Both the position numbers and the translations under genes were made by a program. Shown here in pieces: positions 8,885-19,457 of a DNA stretch of 55,301 bases. Numbering within the stretch: position 1 is the stretch's first letter; every line of letters begins with the position of its first letter. The notes beneath the pieces were generated by a model, which worked only from the letters and a program-made list of their open reading frames with translations, had not been told where the DNA came from and did not search any database. This stretch comes from an uncultured virus (IMG/VR IMGVR_UViG_3300034104_004763) (taxonomy: Duplodnaviria; Heunggongvirae; Uroviricota; Caudoviricetes). Location: the IMG/VR virus record IMGVR_UViG_3300034104_004763; one strand, 5' to 3'.

Positions 8885-10754
8885 TACTAAAGCGGTACAA
8901 TATTTAAATAAAGACTTTGATAGTTTAAAAGCACAGTTAATTAACTTTGCTAAAACTTATTATCCTAACACTTATAATGACTTTACAGAAGCATCTCCAG
9001 GTATGATGCTTATTGAAATGGCTTCATATGTTGGTGATATTTTATCGTTTTATACTGATAATCAAATTCAAGAAAATTTCTTGCAATTTGCTAAACAAAG
9101 AAAAAATTTACTAGCGTTAGCTTATAATTTTGGATATAGACCTAAAGTTACAAGTGCTTCTTCTGTAGAAGTAAGTGTATATCAAGTAGTACCTTCAACT
9201 ATAGTAAATAACCAATATGTACCTGATTTTGGATATGCTTTAATTTTAGAAGAAGGAACTCAATTACAAGCTAGAATTAATGGAAATATATCATTTTATA
9301 TAAATGAAAAAGTAGATTTTTCTAATTCTGGATCTTCTCCTATAGACATTTCAGTTTATACTCCTGATATTAATGGAAACCCATATCTTTATTTACTTAA
9401 AAAAACAGCGAAAGCTACGGCTGGAGCTTTAACTACAACAACATTTACATTTGGTAATCCTGAACGTTATCCTACCGTAATACTTACTGATACTAATATA
9501 ATTTCTATAGTAAGTGCAATCGATTCTGATAATAATATATGGTATGAAGTACCTTATTTAGCTCAAGATACTATTTTTGAAGCTACTGAGAATACTGCTA
9601 CCAATGATCCTAATTTATCACAATATAGTAATACAACTCCTTATTTACTAAAATTAAAAAAAGTACCTAGAAGATTTGTTTCACGTTTTAAAACAAACAA
9701 TTCATTAGAATTACAATTTGGGCCAGGTGTTTCATCTGGTGCAGATGAGGAAATTATTCCTAATCCTGATAATGTAGGTTTAGGTTTACCTTATGGAATT
9801 GATAAAATGATGACTGCTTGGGATCCTTCAAACTTTTTATATACTCAAACATATGGTTTAGCCCCTTCAAATACTACTTTAACAGTAACTTATTTAAAAG
9901 GAGGAGGAGCTACTTCAAATATACCTTCTAATACTTTAACCAATCGTATTGGTGGAACTAATACATTTGCAGGTAGTGGATTAGATCCAACTTTACAAAA
10001 TACTGTTTTAAACTCATTAGCATTTACTAATGAAGTTGCTGCAGTTGGTGGAGGAGATGGAGATACTAATGAAGAAATAAGACAAAATTCTTTAGCTATG
10101 TATCCTACACAGTTAAGAACTATTACTGAAGATGATTATATTATTAGAACTTTATCTTTACCTTCTAAATATGGTTTAATTTCTAAAGCCTTTATCACTC
10201 AAGATATGGGCATAAGTGTTAATTATCCAACAGATTTATTAGCTACTCAAAATCCTAATGCTCTTTCATTATATGTTTTATCTAAAAATACAACAGGTAA
10301 TTTAACAGTTTCTAGCCCTGCTTTAAAACAAAATTTAAAAACATTTCTTTCTGAATATAGAATGTTAACTGATGCAGTTAATATAAAAGATGCTTTTATT
10401 ATTAATATTGGAGTAAATTTTGATATAATAGTTAGACCTAATTATAATAATAAATTAGTAATAAACAATTGCTTAAATGTCTTACAATCTTACTTTAATA
10501 TAGATAAGTGGCAAATTAATCAACCTATTATTCTATCTGATATTTATAGTAATTTAGATCAAGTAGATGGTGTTCAAACAGTCCAAAAAGTAGAGATAAT
10601 AAATAAAGCCGGAACCAATTCAGGTTACTCACAATATGCATATGATATTAAAGGAGCAACTATTAATAATATTTTATATCCTTCTTTAGATCCAAGTATT
10701 TTTGAAGTTAAAAATTTAACAACTGACATACAAGGAAGAGTAGTTACTTTTTAA
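8877..10754 (+). CDS. gp6: baseplate wedge protein, gp6/baseplate J family
   Basis: KDFDSLK..L, DF.E.S.G..L, GG.D.....IR, Q.R.IT..DY motifs; follows gp25. Confidence 0.9.
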   Translation: MANTKAVQYLNKDFDSLKAQLINFAKTYYPNTYNDFTEASPGMMLIEMASYVGDILSFYTDNQIQENFLQFAKQRKNLLALAYNFGYRPKVTSASSVEVSVYQVVPSTIVNNQYVPDFGYALILEEGTQLQARINGNISFYINEKVDFSNSGSSPIDISVYTPDINGNPYLYLLKKTAKATAGALTTTTFTFGNPERYPTVILTDTNIISIVSAIDSDNNIWYEVPYLAQDTIFEATENTATNDPNLSQYSNTTPYLLKLKKVPRRFVSRFKTNNSLELQFGPGVSSGADEEIIPNPDNVGLGLPYGIDKMMTAWDPSNFLYTQTYGLAPSNTTLTVTYLKGGGATSNIPSNTLTNRIGGTNTFAGSGLDPTLQNTVLNSLAFTNEVAAVGGGDGDTNEEIRQNSLAMYPTQLRTITEDDYIIRTLSLPSKYGLISKAFITQDMGISVNYPTDLLATQNPNALSLYVLSKNTTGNLTVSSPALKQNLKTFLSEYRMLTDAVNIKDAFIINIGVNFDIIVRPNYNNKLVINNCLNVLQSYFNIDKWQINQPIILSDIYSNLDQVDGVQTVQKVEIINKAGTNSGYSQYAYDIKGATINNILYPSLDPSIFEVKNLTTDIQGRVVTF

Positions 10755-10770
10755 AAAATTTATCTAATGT

Positions 10771-10779
10771 ATATTTATA
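10771..10779 (+). promoter_or_regulatory. putative late promoter ATATTTATA
   Basis: Intergenic, upstream of 10795. Confidence 0.7.
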
Positions 10780-10794
10780 TTATATATTAGATTT

Positions 10795-11814
10795 ATGGCT
10801 GTATACAAAATATTCCCTGAAAAAGACACTTTCATTTCATCATACCGTTCATCTCAGAATTTTGGTAGAGATGAAATATTAGAAGTTTTTAGATATGCTT
10901 ACGACTCTTCTACTTATTTAGACACTACAAGAGCCCTAATTCAATTTTCTAACACTAATCTTCAAAATGTAATTACAAATAATATTAGTGGAAGTGCTTA
11001 TAGTGCTTCTATTAAATTATTTTTAGCAAATGCCCTTTTACCTGCAAACTATACTATTCTAGGACATAGAATAACTACAGCTTGGGATATGGGATTAGGT
11101 AAAGCCGCTGATACTCCTATTACTACTACAGGATGTACTTGGGTATCTCCATGGGTTACTCCTGGTGGTGATTATAATGCTACTGCTTATTCTCAAAGTT
11201 TTGTTTATACTAGTGATAAAGATATTAATATGGATATTACTACTCTAGTTAATTACTGGTATAGTAATCCTAATTCTAATTATGGAATTTTATTAAAACA
11301 AAGTAGTAGTATAGAAAATAGTACTACATCATCATTTGGGACTAAGTTTTTCTCAATGGATACTCATACAATATATCCACCACAAATAGAATTAAAATGG
11401 AATGATAGTTTATATAGTACTAGTTTAACTCAAATAACTTCTTCAAATTTCAATTCAGTAATTTCTAATTTAAAAAATGAATTTCCTGAAGGAAGTACTT
11501 ATACTTTTAGATTAAAAGCAAGAGATCAATTTCCTGCTAGGTCTTTTGGTACTACTTCTGTATATTTAAATGCAAAAGCATTACCATCATCAACATATTG
11601 GGCATTAAAAGATGCTAAAACTGAAGAAGTAATAATTGATTTTGATACTACTTTTACTAAAGTAAGTTGTGATAATACAGGTAATTATTTTAAAATATAC
11701 ATGAATGGTTTAGAACCTGAAAGATATTATCAAATTATAATAAAAACTATACTTTCAAATGGTGATACTATAATTATAGAAGACCCATTAAATTATTTTA
11801 AAGTAATTAGATAA
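10795..11814 (+). CDS. virion structural protein with DNRLRE-like domain
   Basis: DTFI...NFG..E.L...RALIQF...W..PGGD...DIT.LV..W...NYGILLK...F.S.D...P.IE. Confidence 0.65.
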   Translation: MAVYKIFPEKDTFISSYRSSQNFGRDEILEVFRYAYDSSTYLDTTRALIQFSNTNLQNVITNNISGSAYSASIKLFLANALLPANYTILGHRITTAWDMGLGKAADTPITTTGCTWVSPWVTPGGDYNATAYSQSFVYTSDKDINMDITTLVNYWYSNPNSNYGILLKQSSSIENSTTSSFGTKFFSMDTHTIYPPQIELKWNDSLYSTSLTQITSSNFNSVISNLKNEFPEGSTYTFRLKARDQFPARSFGTTSVYLNAKALPSSTYWALKDAKTEEVIIDFDTTFTKVSCDNTGNYFKIYMNGLEPERYYQIIIKTILSNGDTIIIEDPLNYFKVIR

Positions 11815-12155
11815 TGGCTGAAGTAATTCAATTAAATAAAACAGTTTATGGTAAAATTACATATCCTAATGTAATTGATACTGAGTTTAAACAATTAATT
11901 AGACCCCAAACAGAAGTAACTTCATCAGCAGTAACTGTAAATCAATTTTTTAATTATTATAATGATTTATTTTATGAAATACCTACTGAAGGAGATTTTA
12001 ATTCACATTTAGAATTAATAAAAAGAAGTACAGAATATGTTGGTGTTAATCAAAACTCAGGAGAAATAGATGCTCTATTAGATGAAATTAACCAACTTAG
12101 ACTTGAAAATTTAACGTTACAACAAACAATAGATGATTTAACAGCATCAGCATAA
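11814..12155 (+). CDS. structural-operon hypothetical protein
   Basis: 113 aa, C-terminal coiled coil, TAATG coupling on both sides. Confidence 0.7.
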   Translation: MAEVIQLNKTVYGKITYPNVIDTEFKQLIRPQTEVTSSAVTVNQFFNYYNDLFYEIPTEGDFNSHLELIKRSTEYVGVNQNSGEIDALLDEINQLRLENLTLQQTIDDLTASA

Positions 12156-15100
12156 TGGAAATTACAAACGTATCACAACTTGATTCAAATCAATTCATAA
12201 ATCAAGATTATAAAATAAATGATGAATCATTACTAAATTCTTTGAATATTAGTAATGAATTTGGTTTACCTAATGATAAAGTAGAAGTGCACGTTATATC
12301 TCCTAATGGTGATATACTAAATTCTGTTTATGATTTTAGAAATTATACTACAAGACAAACAGTTCAAGGAACTTCTTTATATAATCAAATTGAATTAGAC
12401 CCTAAAGCTGATTTAGAATCATTTGGTATTAATCAAGGTCAATATGATATAACTTATAACTTTTATAGACCTTTATTTTCAAGTTCTGAAGCTAATAAGT
12501 TCTTTATATCAGATATATCATCAGATAGAACAGAAATTAAAATTTCTAATAATAATATATCATATACTGATTTAGGACAATCTTATTTAACTTTTATAGC
12601 TGAAAGAAATTCCAAAGCTTATTATTCAGATTTTATTTTAAATTTTGGTGATAATAAAACTTATATAGGAGTTAATGTTGCTTTTGATAATTCAAATGAA
12701 GCTTACGCTAATTTATATATTAAATTATATGAGCCTTTACCATCTAATATTAAATTAAAAGATACATTTTGGATTGTAGAGAGTATTTCTGAACCATATG
12801 CTTTTCAAGTTGATACAACTTTCTTAGCAGAAGCAACACTTGATACTTTATCTTTAAGAGGCCCAAATATTAACATTGAATTAGCTGAAAAAACTAATTT
12901 AACTACACCTTATTTGAATTTATCTACTTTATTAAATTCAAGTATTTCTTCTTCTTATCAACAATTACAATCTTGGTTAGAAGAAAAAAGTATTGAAATA
13001 ACAGTTGATTATACAGATTTTTCTAATTTTGTGCATTTTTCATCTGCAAGAGAAAGACTTGAGAATTTTAAATATAAATTAACTCAAATACAATCTCTTC
13101 AATCTGATATTAATGCTATAAATAATTTAAATGCTTCTTCTAGCATAACTTATACATCAGCTAGTGTACTTAATTTACAAAATCAATTAGATACTCTTAT
13201 CCAAAAATTTGATGGATATGAATATTTTTTATATTACGAATCTGGAAGTAGTTCATGGCCTAAAAGTAATTCAACTAAACCTTACATAAATTCAGCTGTT
13301 ACTACATCTGTAGCTTTAAATTGGTTTGGCTCAGTTGATTATACTTCACAATATTATGGAGGACAAGTTTTAGATGCAGATAATTATGATATTAATAATA
13401 AAGATTATATTTGGAATAATCTACCTGAATATATAAAAGCTGATTCTCAAAATGCTAATTTAGAATTATTTACTTCTATGTTAGGTCAACATTATGACTA
13501 TATTTGGACTTATATAAAAGATATTACTGACTTACAAGTTGCAGATAATAGAATTGATTATGGTATTTCTAAAGATTTAGTAGCTGATACTTTAAGAAAT
13601 TTTGGTATTAAACTTTATACTAATTCAAGAAATCAAGAAGATTTATATTTAGCTTTATTAGGAATTGATTCTAATGCTGCTACTTTACCTTCTACAGGTT
13701 CTTACATGATAAATAATTATGTGACTGCCTCTCAATATACTATCCCTGATAATGATATCGTAAAAGAAACATATAAAAGATTGTATCACAACTTACCTTA
13801 CTTACTCAAGACTAAGGGTACAAGAAGAGGGTTACGCGCTTTAATCAATTGTTTTGGTATTACTGATACAATATTAAAAATTAGAGAATACGGTGGTAAT
13901 AGAAAAGATTTAGAAGTTATTGAACAAATTACTCCTAAATTTAACTATGCATCCTCTTTAGATACTACTGCTCCATCAAATTATATCATAATTACAGGAG
14001 GCCCGTCTTATAAACAATATTTAGATTCAGGTTCAAATGATATTTATCCTGATACTTTAGAATTTAGATTTAAATTAGATAGTGATAATATATTACCTAC
14101 ACAATCTATATTAGAATCCTCTGGTCAGAATCAAATTATTAGAGTTACTTACATATCTGAATCTTATGCTAATATTGATTTTGGTTTAAGTGATAGTGGT
14201 AATCCTTTTTATTCAACCCCTATAACTCTTCCATTATATAATGACGATTGGTGGACTTTAAATTTAACTAGAGAAACAGGTAGTATAGATAGAAACAATA
14301 TATTATACTTTAATACTCCTCAAACTTATACTTTAACTATTGGTAATAAAGATTCTAATGGAATACAATATTTAGAGTCTTGTTCTATATATAGAGATGG
14401 AGTATTTAATAGTAATTTTATTAATTCTTGGTTAGATAATCAATTATTTCCTGGTGGAGCGAATTACGTGTATCCGTTTACAGGTTCAATTCAAGAATTT
14501 AGGTATTGGGTAGGTTCTATCCCTATTAATAATTTTAAAGATCATATTTTAAATCCACAATCTATTGTATTTGATAGTGTAAGTGGTTCATATCCTAATC
14601 TAATATTCAGAGCTCCTCTAGGATCAGAATTAGATATAAATAATACAGCTCCAACTTCAGTACATCCTTCAAATACTGCTTCATTCTGGACAGGAGTAGC
14701 ATTTTCAGATTATAATGTTTATTCTTCTTATAGTATTAACTATGAAGATTATTTAATTAATACTCCTAATATTGGAAGTTTTACTGAAATAGATGAAAAA
14801 ATAAGAGTAGCAACTCCTAATTTAGTACCTGGAGATGTATTAACACCTTATATTTCAATACAGAAACCTGAAATATATCCTTACACTAATGATTTAAATA
14901 TAGTAGAGGTAGCTATTTCACCACAGGATTCAATTAATGCTGATATTATAGACCAATTAGGTTCATTTAATATTGATGAGTATATTGGAGATCCTAGATT
15001 AGCATCATCAGGTTCTTATCCTGCTTTAACAGATTTAAGAAATTTTTATTTTAAAAAGTATTCTAAAAAAGAAAATATTTTTGATTTAATAAAACTTTTA

Positions 15101-17683
15101 TCTTATTTTGATAATTCTTTATTCAAAATGATAAAGGATTTTGTTCCTGCTAAAGCTAATTTATCAACAGGATTAGTTATTAATACTACTATTTTAGAAA
15201 GAAATAAAATAGCTAGACATGAACCTGTACTATCTTTTGTAGATCATAGTGGTTCAATAGAAACAGCATTTATAACTGGTTCTAATGGACTTGATGAAAT
15301 CTATAATACTTCTTATACATCTTCTACTTCTTATATATCAGGAAGTGTATTTAAATACAATAATGATAGTAGAGAATTATTTACAGGTGAATTAGGAGGT
15401 ACTACAATAATAGCTCATTCTCAATCATTAGATAATATAGTATATGAATTAAATCGTATTCCTATATCTACTTCCCAAGCTATTAATCAAAACTTTTATA
15501 GATTACCCTTAAATCCTATTCTAAATAATGTTTCAACTGCTAGAACTTCTACTAAATATCTTGATGTAGATTATACTTATACACCTATAATTCCTGTTAA
15601 TTTTAATTATTTAACTTCAAGTTTATTTTTAAATTTAAATACTAATGCTTATCAATTTTTAGATGCTCCTGTACAAGATAGTAATTATACTTTAGCTAGA
15701 CATATTATTCCTAGATATTTGGGTAGTAAACTAACAGGATTTACATATAATATTTATACTTTTGGAGATACTTCTTATGGTAGTGATCCTGTAATAAATT
15801 ATAATGCTGTTGAATTTGCTTATTTTAAAGAAATCACTTCTCAATCAGTAACATTCCCTGGAAGAGTAAACGCTAATATTAAATATTTAATTAATAGTGC
15901 TTCTAATATTGTTGAATTAACTGAAGCTAATAAAAGTTTATTTGATGTTCAAAATTTATTTAATAGAACAAGTGCTAATATAGCTTTAGATAATATTAAT
16001 CAACCTTCCAAACAAAAATCCTTAAATGGGTTAAAACCAATTTATGCGGGTGGATTTAGATATGAACCAATATTACAAAATTTTTCAACAAATGTTGCTG
16101 CTTTTCCTCCTCAATTACAATTAAATTTTGAAAATGAAGTACCTATTTTAAATACTAGTACAACTCCTGTAACACAATCCACCTCAGGACTATTAGATAT
16201 AGGTACACCCCAATTTTCAACTGCTCCTACTGTTACAGCTTTAAATTTAAATTCTAACACATTAAGTGTTGTGATTAATTCTAGAATTAAATTCCCTAAT
16301 GTTCAAAGAACTACATTATATGAAGGAGAAATAAGACAAAGGGTAACAGGTACTATTCAACTTACTATTAAAGTATCACCTGCTCCTTTATTAAGTACTT
16401 TATTTAGTCAACCTATAGCAGGTTCTCAAGTAGGATTAGTAACTTGGTCGGGTATTAATTTAGGATCTTATGAATATAATGATGGGCAAATTTCACCTAT
16501 TAATAATGTAAATTGGAATAATAATATAAGATCTGTCAACTTACCAGTGGGAGTTAATGGTTTCTTTTATCTACATCCTAATAGAAATTCCTTAATGAAT
16601 ACTATTATAGGAAATGGTCAAAGACAAGATTTAACAGTTTTATTTTTTGATGGTCCTTCATCTTTTGATTTAAAATCTACAGGTACAACAGCCTCATTTG
16701 CAATACCTACAATTAACACAAATCAATTTAATCCATCTTCTCCTTCTACTTTTAGTCAAAATGCTGGTAATTATATTATAGAAGAAAATGATGGATTTGA
16801 GTTAATTGTAACTTTCCCTATAGATGGTTATTTAATATCACCCTCAAATGCTCCTAGTAATGCCTCATTAGAATTAGTAAACCTATCAGGCTCCTTAAGT
16901 TCTATTATTAGTAGTATTAATATTACTAAAACTACTACAAGTGGTCAAATTAAATTTACAACAGCTCCTACTTTTAATTATATTTTACCACCAAATGGAA
17001 ATCCTTTTATATATACTGATCCACCACAATATATTTATCAAACAGGATCTTTTGATAATGGATTTAGCAGTGGGAGTAATAATAATTATTATTTTGAAAG
17101 AGGTAATAGTGTGATTAGTGGTAGTCTATTTACATATTTAACTGCTTCTTATGATTTATCTACTTTATATTATAATAATGATTTAACAGATAATAATTTT
17201 ATTCAAATTCTTCCAACAGCATCTCTAATAGATCCAATTTTAGGAGGATTTCAAGATATAACTGAATATTTTATACCTAAAAAAGGAGATCTAATCAGAT
17301 TTTTTAATCATGATAGTGGTAAATTTCCATTTGCATCTGATTTTGAAAGAGAAATAGTTAATATATATCCTCCACAAGGTACACCTATTGGAAGTGGTTC
17401 TAACGGAACTGGATCTTATGATAATAGATTAGTTTTTGAAGTAATGGGAACAGATATCCCAAATCAAGCATGTGTAAACTCACCATCAGGCTCTACAATA
17501 GGTAAAATACAAAATTTTATATTTCTATCTAAAATACCAGATGAAACAAATATAGTATTAATAGCTAATAAAAAACCAGGCCAAACTTCTACAGGAATAT
17601 TAATCCCTGATAATATAAATACAAAATTAAAAGATGAGGCTGGTAATATAATTAAAAGTTTAAAATCACAAAACTTAATTTAA
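12155..17683 (+). CDS. large baseplate/tail structural protein (gp7-like wedge region plus LamG-like domain)
   Basis: 1842 aa; LLKTKGTRRGLRALINCFG wedge-type motif, FTGSIQEFRYW LamG-like signature, S/T/N-rich. Confidence 0.65.
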   Translation: MEITNVSQLDSNQFINQDYKINDESLLNSLNISNEFGLPNDKVEVHVISPNGDILNSVYDFRNYTTRQTVQGTSLYNQIELDPKADLESFGINQGQYDITYNFYRPLFSSSEANKFFISDISSDRTEIKISNNNISYTDLGQSYLTFIAERNSKAYYSDFILNFGDNKTYIGVNVAFDNSNEAYANLYIKLYEPLPSNIKLKDTFWIVESISEPYAFQVDTTFLAEATLDTLSLRGPNINIELAEKTNLTTPYLNLSTLLNSSISSSYQQLQSWLEEKSIEITVDYTDFSNFVHFSSARERLENFKYKLTQIQSLQSDINAINNLNASSSITYTSASVLNLQNQLDTLIQKFDGYEYFLYYESGSSSWPKSNSTKPYINSAVTTSVALNWFGSVDYTSQYYGGQVLDADNYDINNKDYIWNNLPEYIKADSQNANLELFTSMLGQHYDYIWTYIKDITDLQVADNRIDYGISKDLVADTLRNFGIKLYTNSRNQEDLYLALLGIDSNAATLPSTGSYMINNYVTASQYTIPDNDIVKETYKRLYHNLPYLLKTKGTRRGLRALINCFGITDTILKIREYGGNRKDLEVIEQITPKFNYASSLDTTAPSNYIIITGGPSYKQYLDSGSNDIYPDTLEFRFKLDSDNILPTQSILESSGQNQIIRVTYISESYANIDFGLSDSGNPFYSTPITLPLYNDDWWTLNLTRETGSIDRNNILYFNTPQTYTLTIGNKDSNGIQYLESCSIYRDGVFNSNFINSWLDNQLFPGGANYVYPFTGSIQEFRYWVGSIPINNFKDHILNPQSIVFDSVSGSYPNLIFRAPLGSELDINNTAPTSVHPSNTASFWTGVAFSDYNVYSSYSINYEDYLINTPNIGSFTEIDEKIRVATPNLVPGDVLTPYISIQKPEIYPYTNDLNIVEVAISPQDSINADIIDQLGSFNIDEYIGDPRLASSGSYPALTDLRNFYFKKYSKKENIFDLIKLLSYFDNSLFKMIKDFVPAKANLSTGLVINTTILERNKIARHEPVLSFVDHSGSIETAFITGSNGLDEIYNTSYTSSTSYISGSVFKYNNDSRELFTGELGGTTIIAHSQSLDNIVYELNRIPISTSQAINQNFYRLPLNPILNNVSTARTSTKYLDVDYTYTPIIPVNFNYLTSSLFLNLNTNAYQFLDAPVQDSNYTLARHIIPRYLGSKLTGFTYNIYTFGDTSYGSDPVINYNAVEFAYFKEITSQSVTFPGRVNANIKYLINSASNIVELTEANKSLFDVQNLFNRTSANIALDNINQPSKQKSLNGLKPIYAGGFRYEPILQNFSTNVAAFPPQLQLNFENEVPILNTSTTPVTQSTSGLLDIGTPQFSTAPTVTALNLNSNTLSVVINSRIKFPNVQRTTLYEGEIRQRVTGTIQLTIKVSPAPLLSTLFSQPIAGSQVGLVTWSGINLGSYEYNDGQISPINNVNWNNNIRSVNLPVGVNGFFYLHPNRNSLMNTIIGNGQRQDLTVLFFDGPSSFDLKSTGTTASFAIPTINTNQFNPSSPSTFSQNAGNYIIEENDGFELIVTFPIDGYLISPSNAPSNASLELVNLSGSLSSIISSINITKTTTSGQIKFTTAPTFNYILPPNGNPFIYTDPPQYIYQTGSFDNGFSSGSNNNYYFERGNSVISGSLFTYLTASYDLSTLYYNNDLTDNNFIQILPTASLIDPILGGFQDITEYFIPKKGDLIRFFNHDSGKFPFASDFEREIVNIYPPQGTPIGSGSNGTGSYDNRLVFEVMGTDIPNQACVNSPSGSTIGKIQNFIFLSKIPDETNIVLIANKKPGQTSTGILIPDNINTKLKDEAGNIIKSLKSQNLI

Positions 17684-17699
17684 AAAATAAGAAATGCAT

Positions 17700-17708
17700 A
17701 TATTTATA
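17700..17708 (+). promoter_or_regulatory. putative late promoter ATATTTATA
   Basis: Intergenic, upstream of 17731. Confidence 0.7.
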
Positions 17709-17730
17709 ATTAGTAATCGAATAAAACAAT

Positions 17731-18390
17731 ATGGGATTTTTAAATAACACATCAGTAACCGTAGATGCTATTTTAACTAAAAAAGGCAGAGAACTTTTAG
17801 CTAAAAATGACGGTTCATTTAGAATTACTCAATTTTCATTATCTGATGATGAAATTGACTATACTCTTTATAATCCAAACCATCCATCTGGATCAGCTTT
17901 TTATGGTGAAGCTATTGAAGCTATGCCTATAATTGAAGCTTTTCCTGATGAGACTCAAATAATGAAATATAAACTTTTAACTTTACCTCGTGGTACTGCT
18001 AAATTACCTGTATTAGATGTAGGTTATACTTCAATAACATTACGTCAAGGGGCTTCACTTGCTATTACTCCTCAAACTTTAAATTATTTAGGAGCATCTA
18101 CAGCATTTGAATCCTCAGGATACACTGCCACTATAGGTGATTCAAGATTATTATCTACATTTAATGGTGTTGGTATTAATACTGCTGAAGTTCAAGCTTT
18201 AAATTCAACAACAACAATAGGAACAAATGTTTCAAGAACTGTAATTGGAGCTACTATTAACTTAACAGCTACAACTGTCAATACATTATTTGGTACAAAT
18301 TCTTCTTTATCTACTATTTTAACTATAACTGGTAGAGATTCAGGAGCTAGATTAACTATACCTTTAACAATAACTAGAGTAACTAGCTAA
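17731..18390 (+). CDS. virion structural protein (baseplate/tail-fibre attachment type)
   Basis: DAILTKKGRELLA...ITQF.LSDDEIDY resembles the N-terminus of tail-collar proteins. Confidence 0.6.
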   Translation: MGFLNNTSVTVDAILTKKGRELLAKNDGSFRITQFSLSDDEIDYTLYNPNHPSGSAFYGEAIEAMPIIEAFPDETQIMKYKLLTLPRGTAKLPVLDVGYTSITLRQGASLAITPQTLNYLGASTAFESSGYTATIGDSRLLSTFNGVGINTAEVQALNSTTTIGTNVSRTVIGATINLTATTVNTLFGTNSSLSTILTITGRDSGARLTIPLTITRVTS

Positions 18391-18401
18391 TTAAATAAAA
18401 T

Positions 18402-19454
18402 ATGAGCTTTATAACATTAAACGCTGAAGACTTTGTAGTAAGTTCAGATTCAATAGTTTCAACACTATGGAGTGACAATACAACTGCTATGACTAGTTTT
18501 TTCACTTCATCTACATCGCCTACAAATAATTCATACCTTCCAGTATATCAAAGATCTACTACATTATATCCATCAGACCTATCCCAATTTTCCATTTCAT
18601 ATGGGCAAGTAAATGGGTCGGGTTCTGCTCCTATCAATTCATTAGTACCAGGATTATCTCCTACAAGAATTACTTATGGTCAGTTTAGAACATTAGTGAA
18701 TGGAGATGAAAATACTAATATTAGTTTTGGTACAGGTAATACTAATTCACCTGATTTTTATGTAATTAATATTAATAGAGCTAACTATAAAGAAAAATTA
18801 TTTTTAGGAACATTTAACTTAGCACTATCGGGTTCAGATGGGGTAGCTTCATCATCAATACAATTAACTAATAATAGTGTCAATGTTACTACATTAACTT
18901 ATTGTGATGCTGGTAGGGTATTTGATATAGTTAGTGGCTCTAATGGGGCAGCTACAACCTCTACAATTACTAGTGGAAGTACTGCAGGTTACACAGTTTC
19001 AGGTTCATATGGTAAATTTCTACCAGATGTAGGTTTAATATTATTAAATTCTAGAGCTTTATCTTTATCTTGCAGTCTAGGAGGTATAGGGTTACAACCA
19101 GGTACTTCTAATACTAATCCAACTCTATTAAATACCCAAATTGGATTATTTAACGCTATAAATAAAGCTAACGGTGTAGGTGGTTTTAAACTAAATAGTG
19201 AAGAAACTATAACATCAGATTATGTTTTTGTTAGAATTAAAAATAATGATTTTAACTATACTACTAATCCTTCTATGATAAGTGGTAGTGGAGAATTTTA
19301 TTATCCTACTTTAGTTAATAATCCTCAAACTTTTATTACAACAGTTGGTTTATATAATACTAATAATGAGTTATTAGCTGTAGCTAAATTATCAAAACCA
19401 CTACCAAAAGATTTTACAAAAGAAGCTCTTATCAGAGTAAAATTAGACTTTTAA
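18402..19454 (+). CDS. virion structural protein with C-terminal tail-collar-like module
   Basis: C-terminal ITTVGLYN..NELLAVAKL..P; S/G/T-rich. Confidence 0.65.
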   Translation: MSFITLNAEDFVVSSDSIVSTLWSDNTTAMTSFFTSSTSPTNNSYLPVYQRSTTLYPSDLSQFSISYGQVNGSGSAPINSLVPGLSPTRITYGQFRTLVNGDENTNISFGTGNTNSPDFYVININRANYKEKLFLGTFNLALSGSDGVASSSIQLTNNSVNVTTLTYCDAGRVFDIVSGSNGAATTSTITSGSTAGYTVSGSYGKFLPDVGLILLNSRALSLSCSLGGIGLQPGTSNTNPTLLNTQIGLFNAINKANGVGGFKLNSEETITSDYVFVRIKNNDFNYTTNPSMISGSGEFYYPTLVNNPQTFITTVGLYNTNNELLAVAKLSKPLPKDFTKEALIRVKLDF

Positions 19455-19457
19455 TGA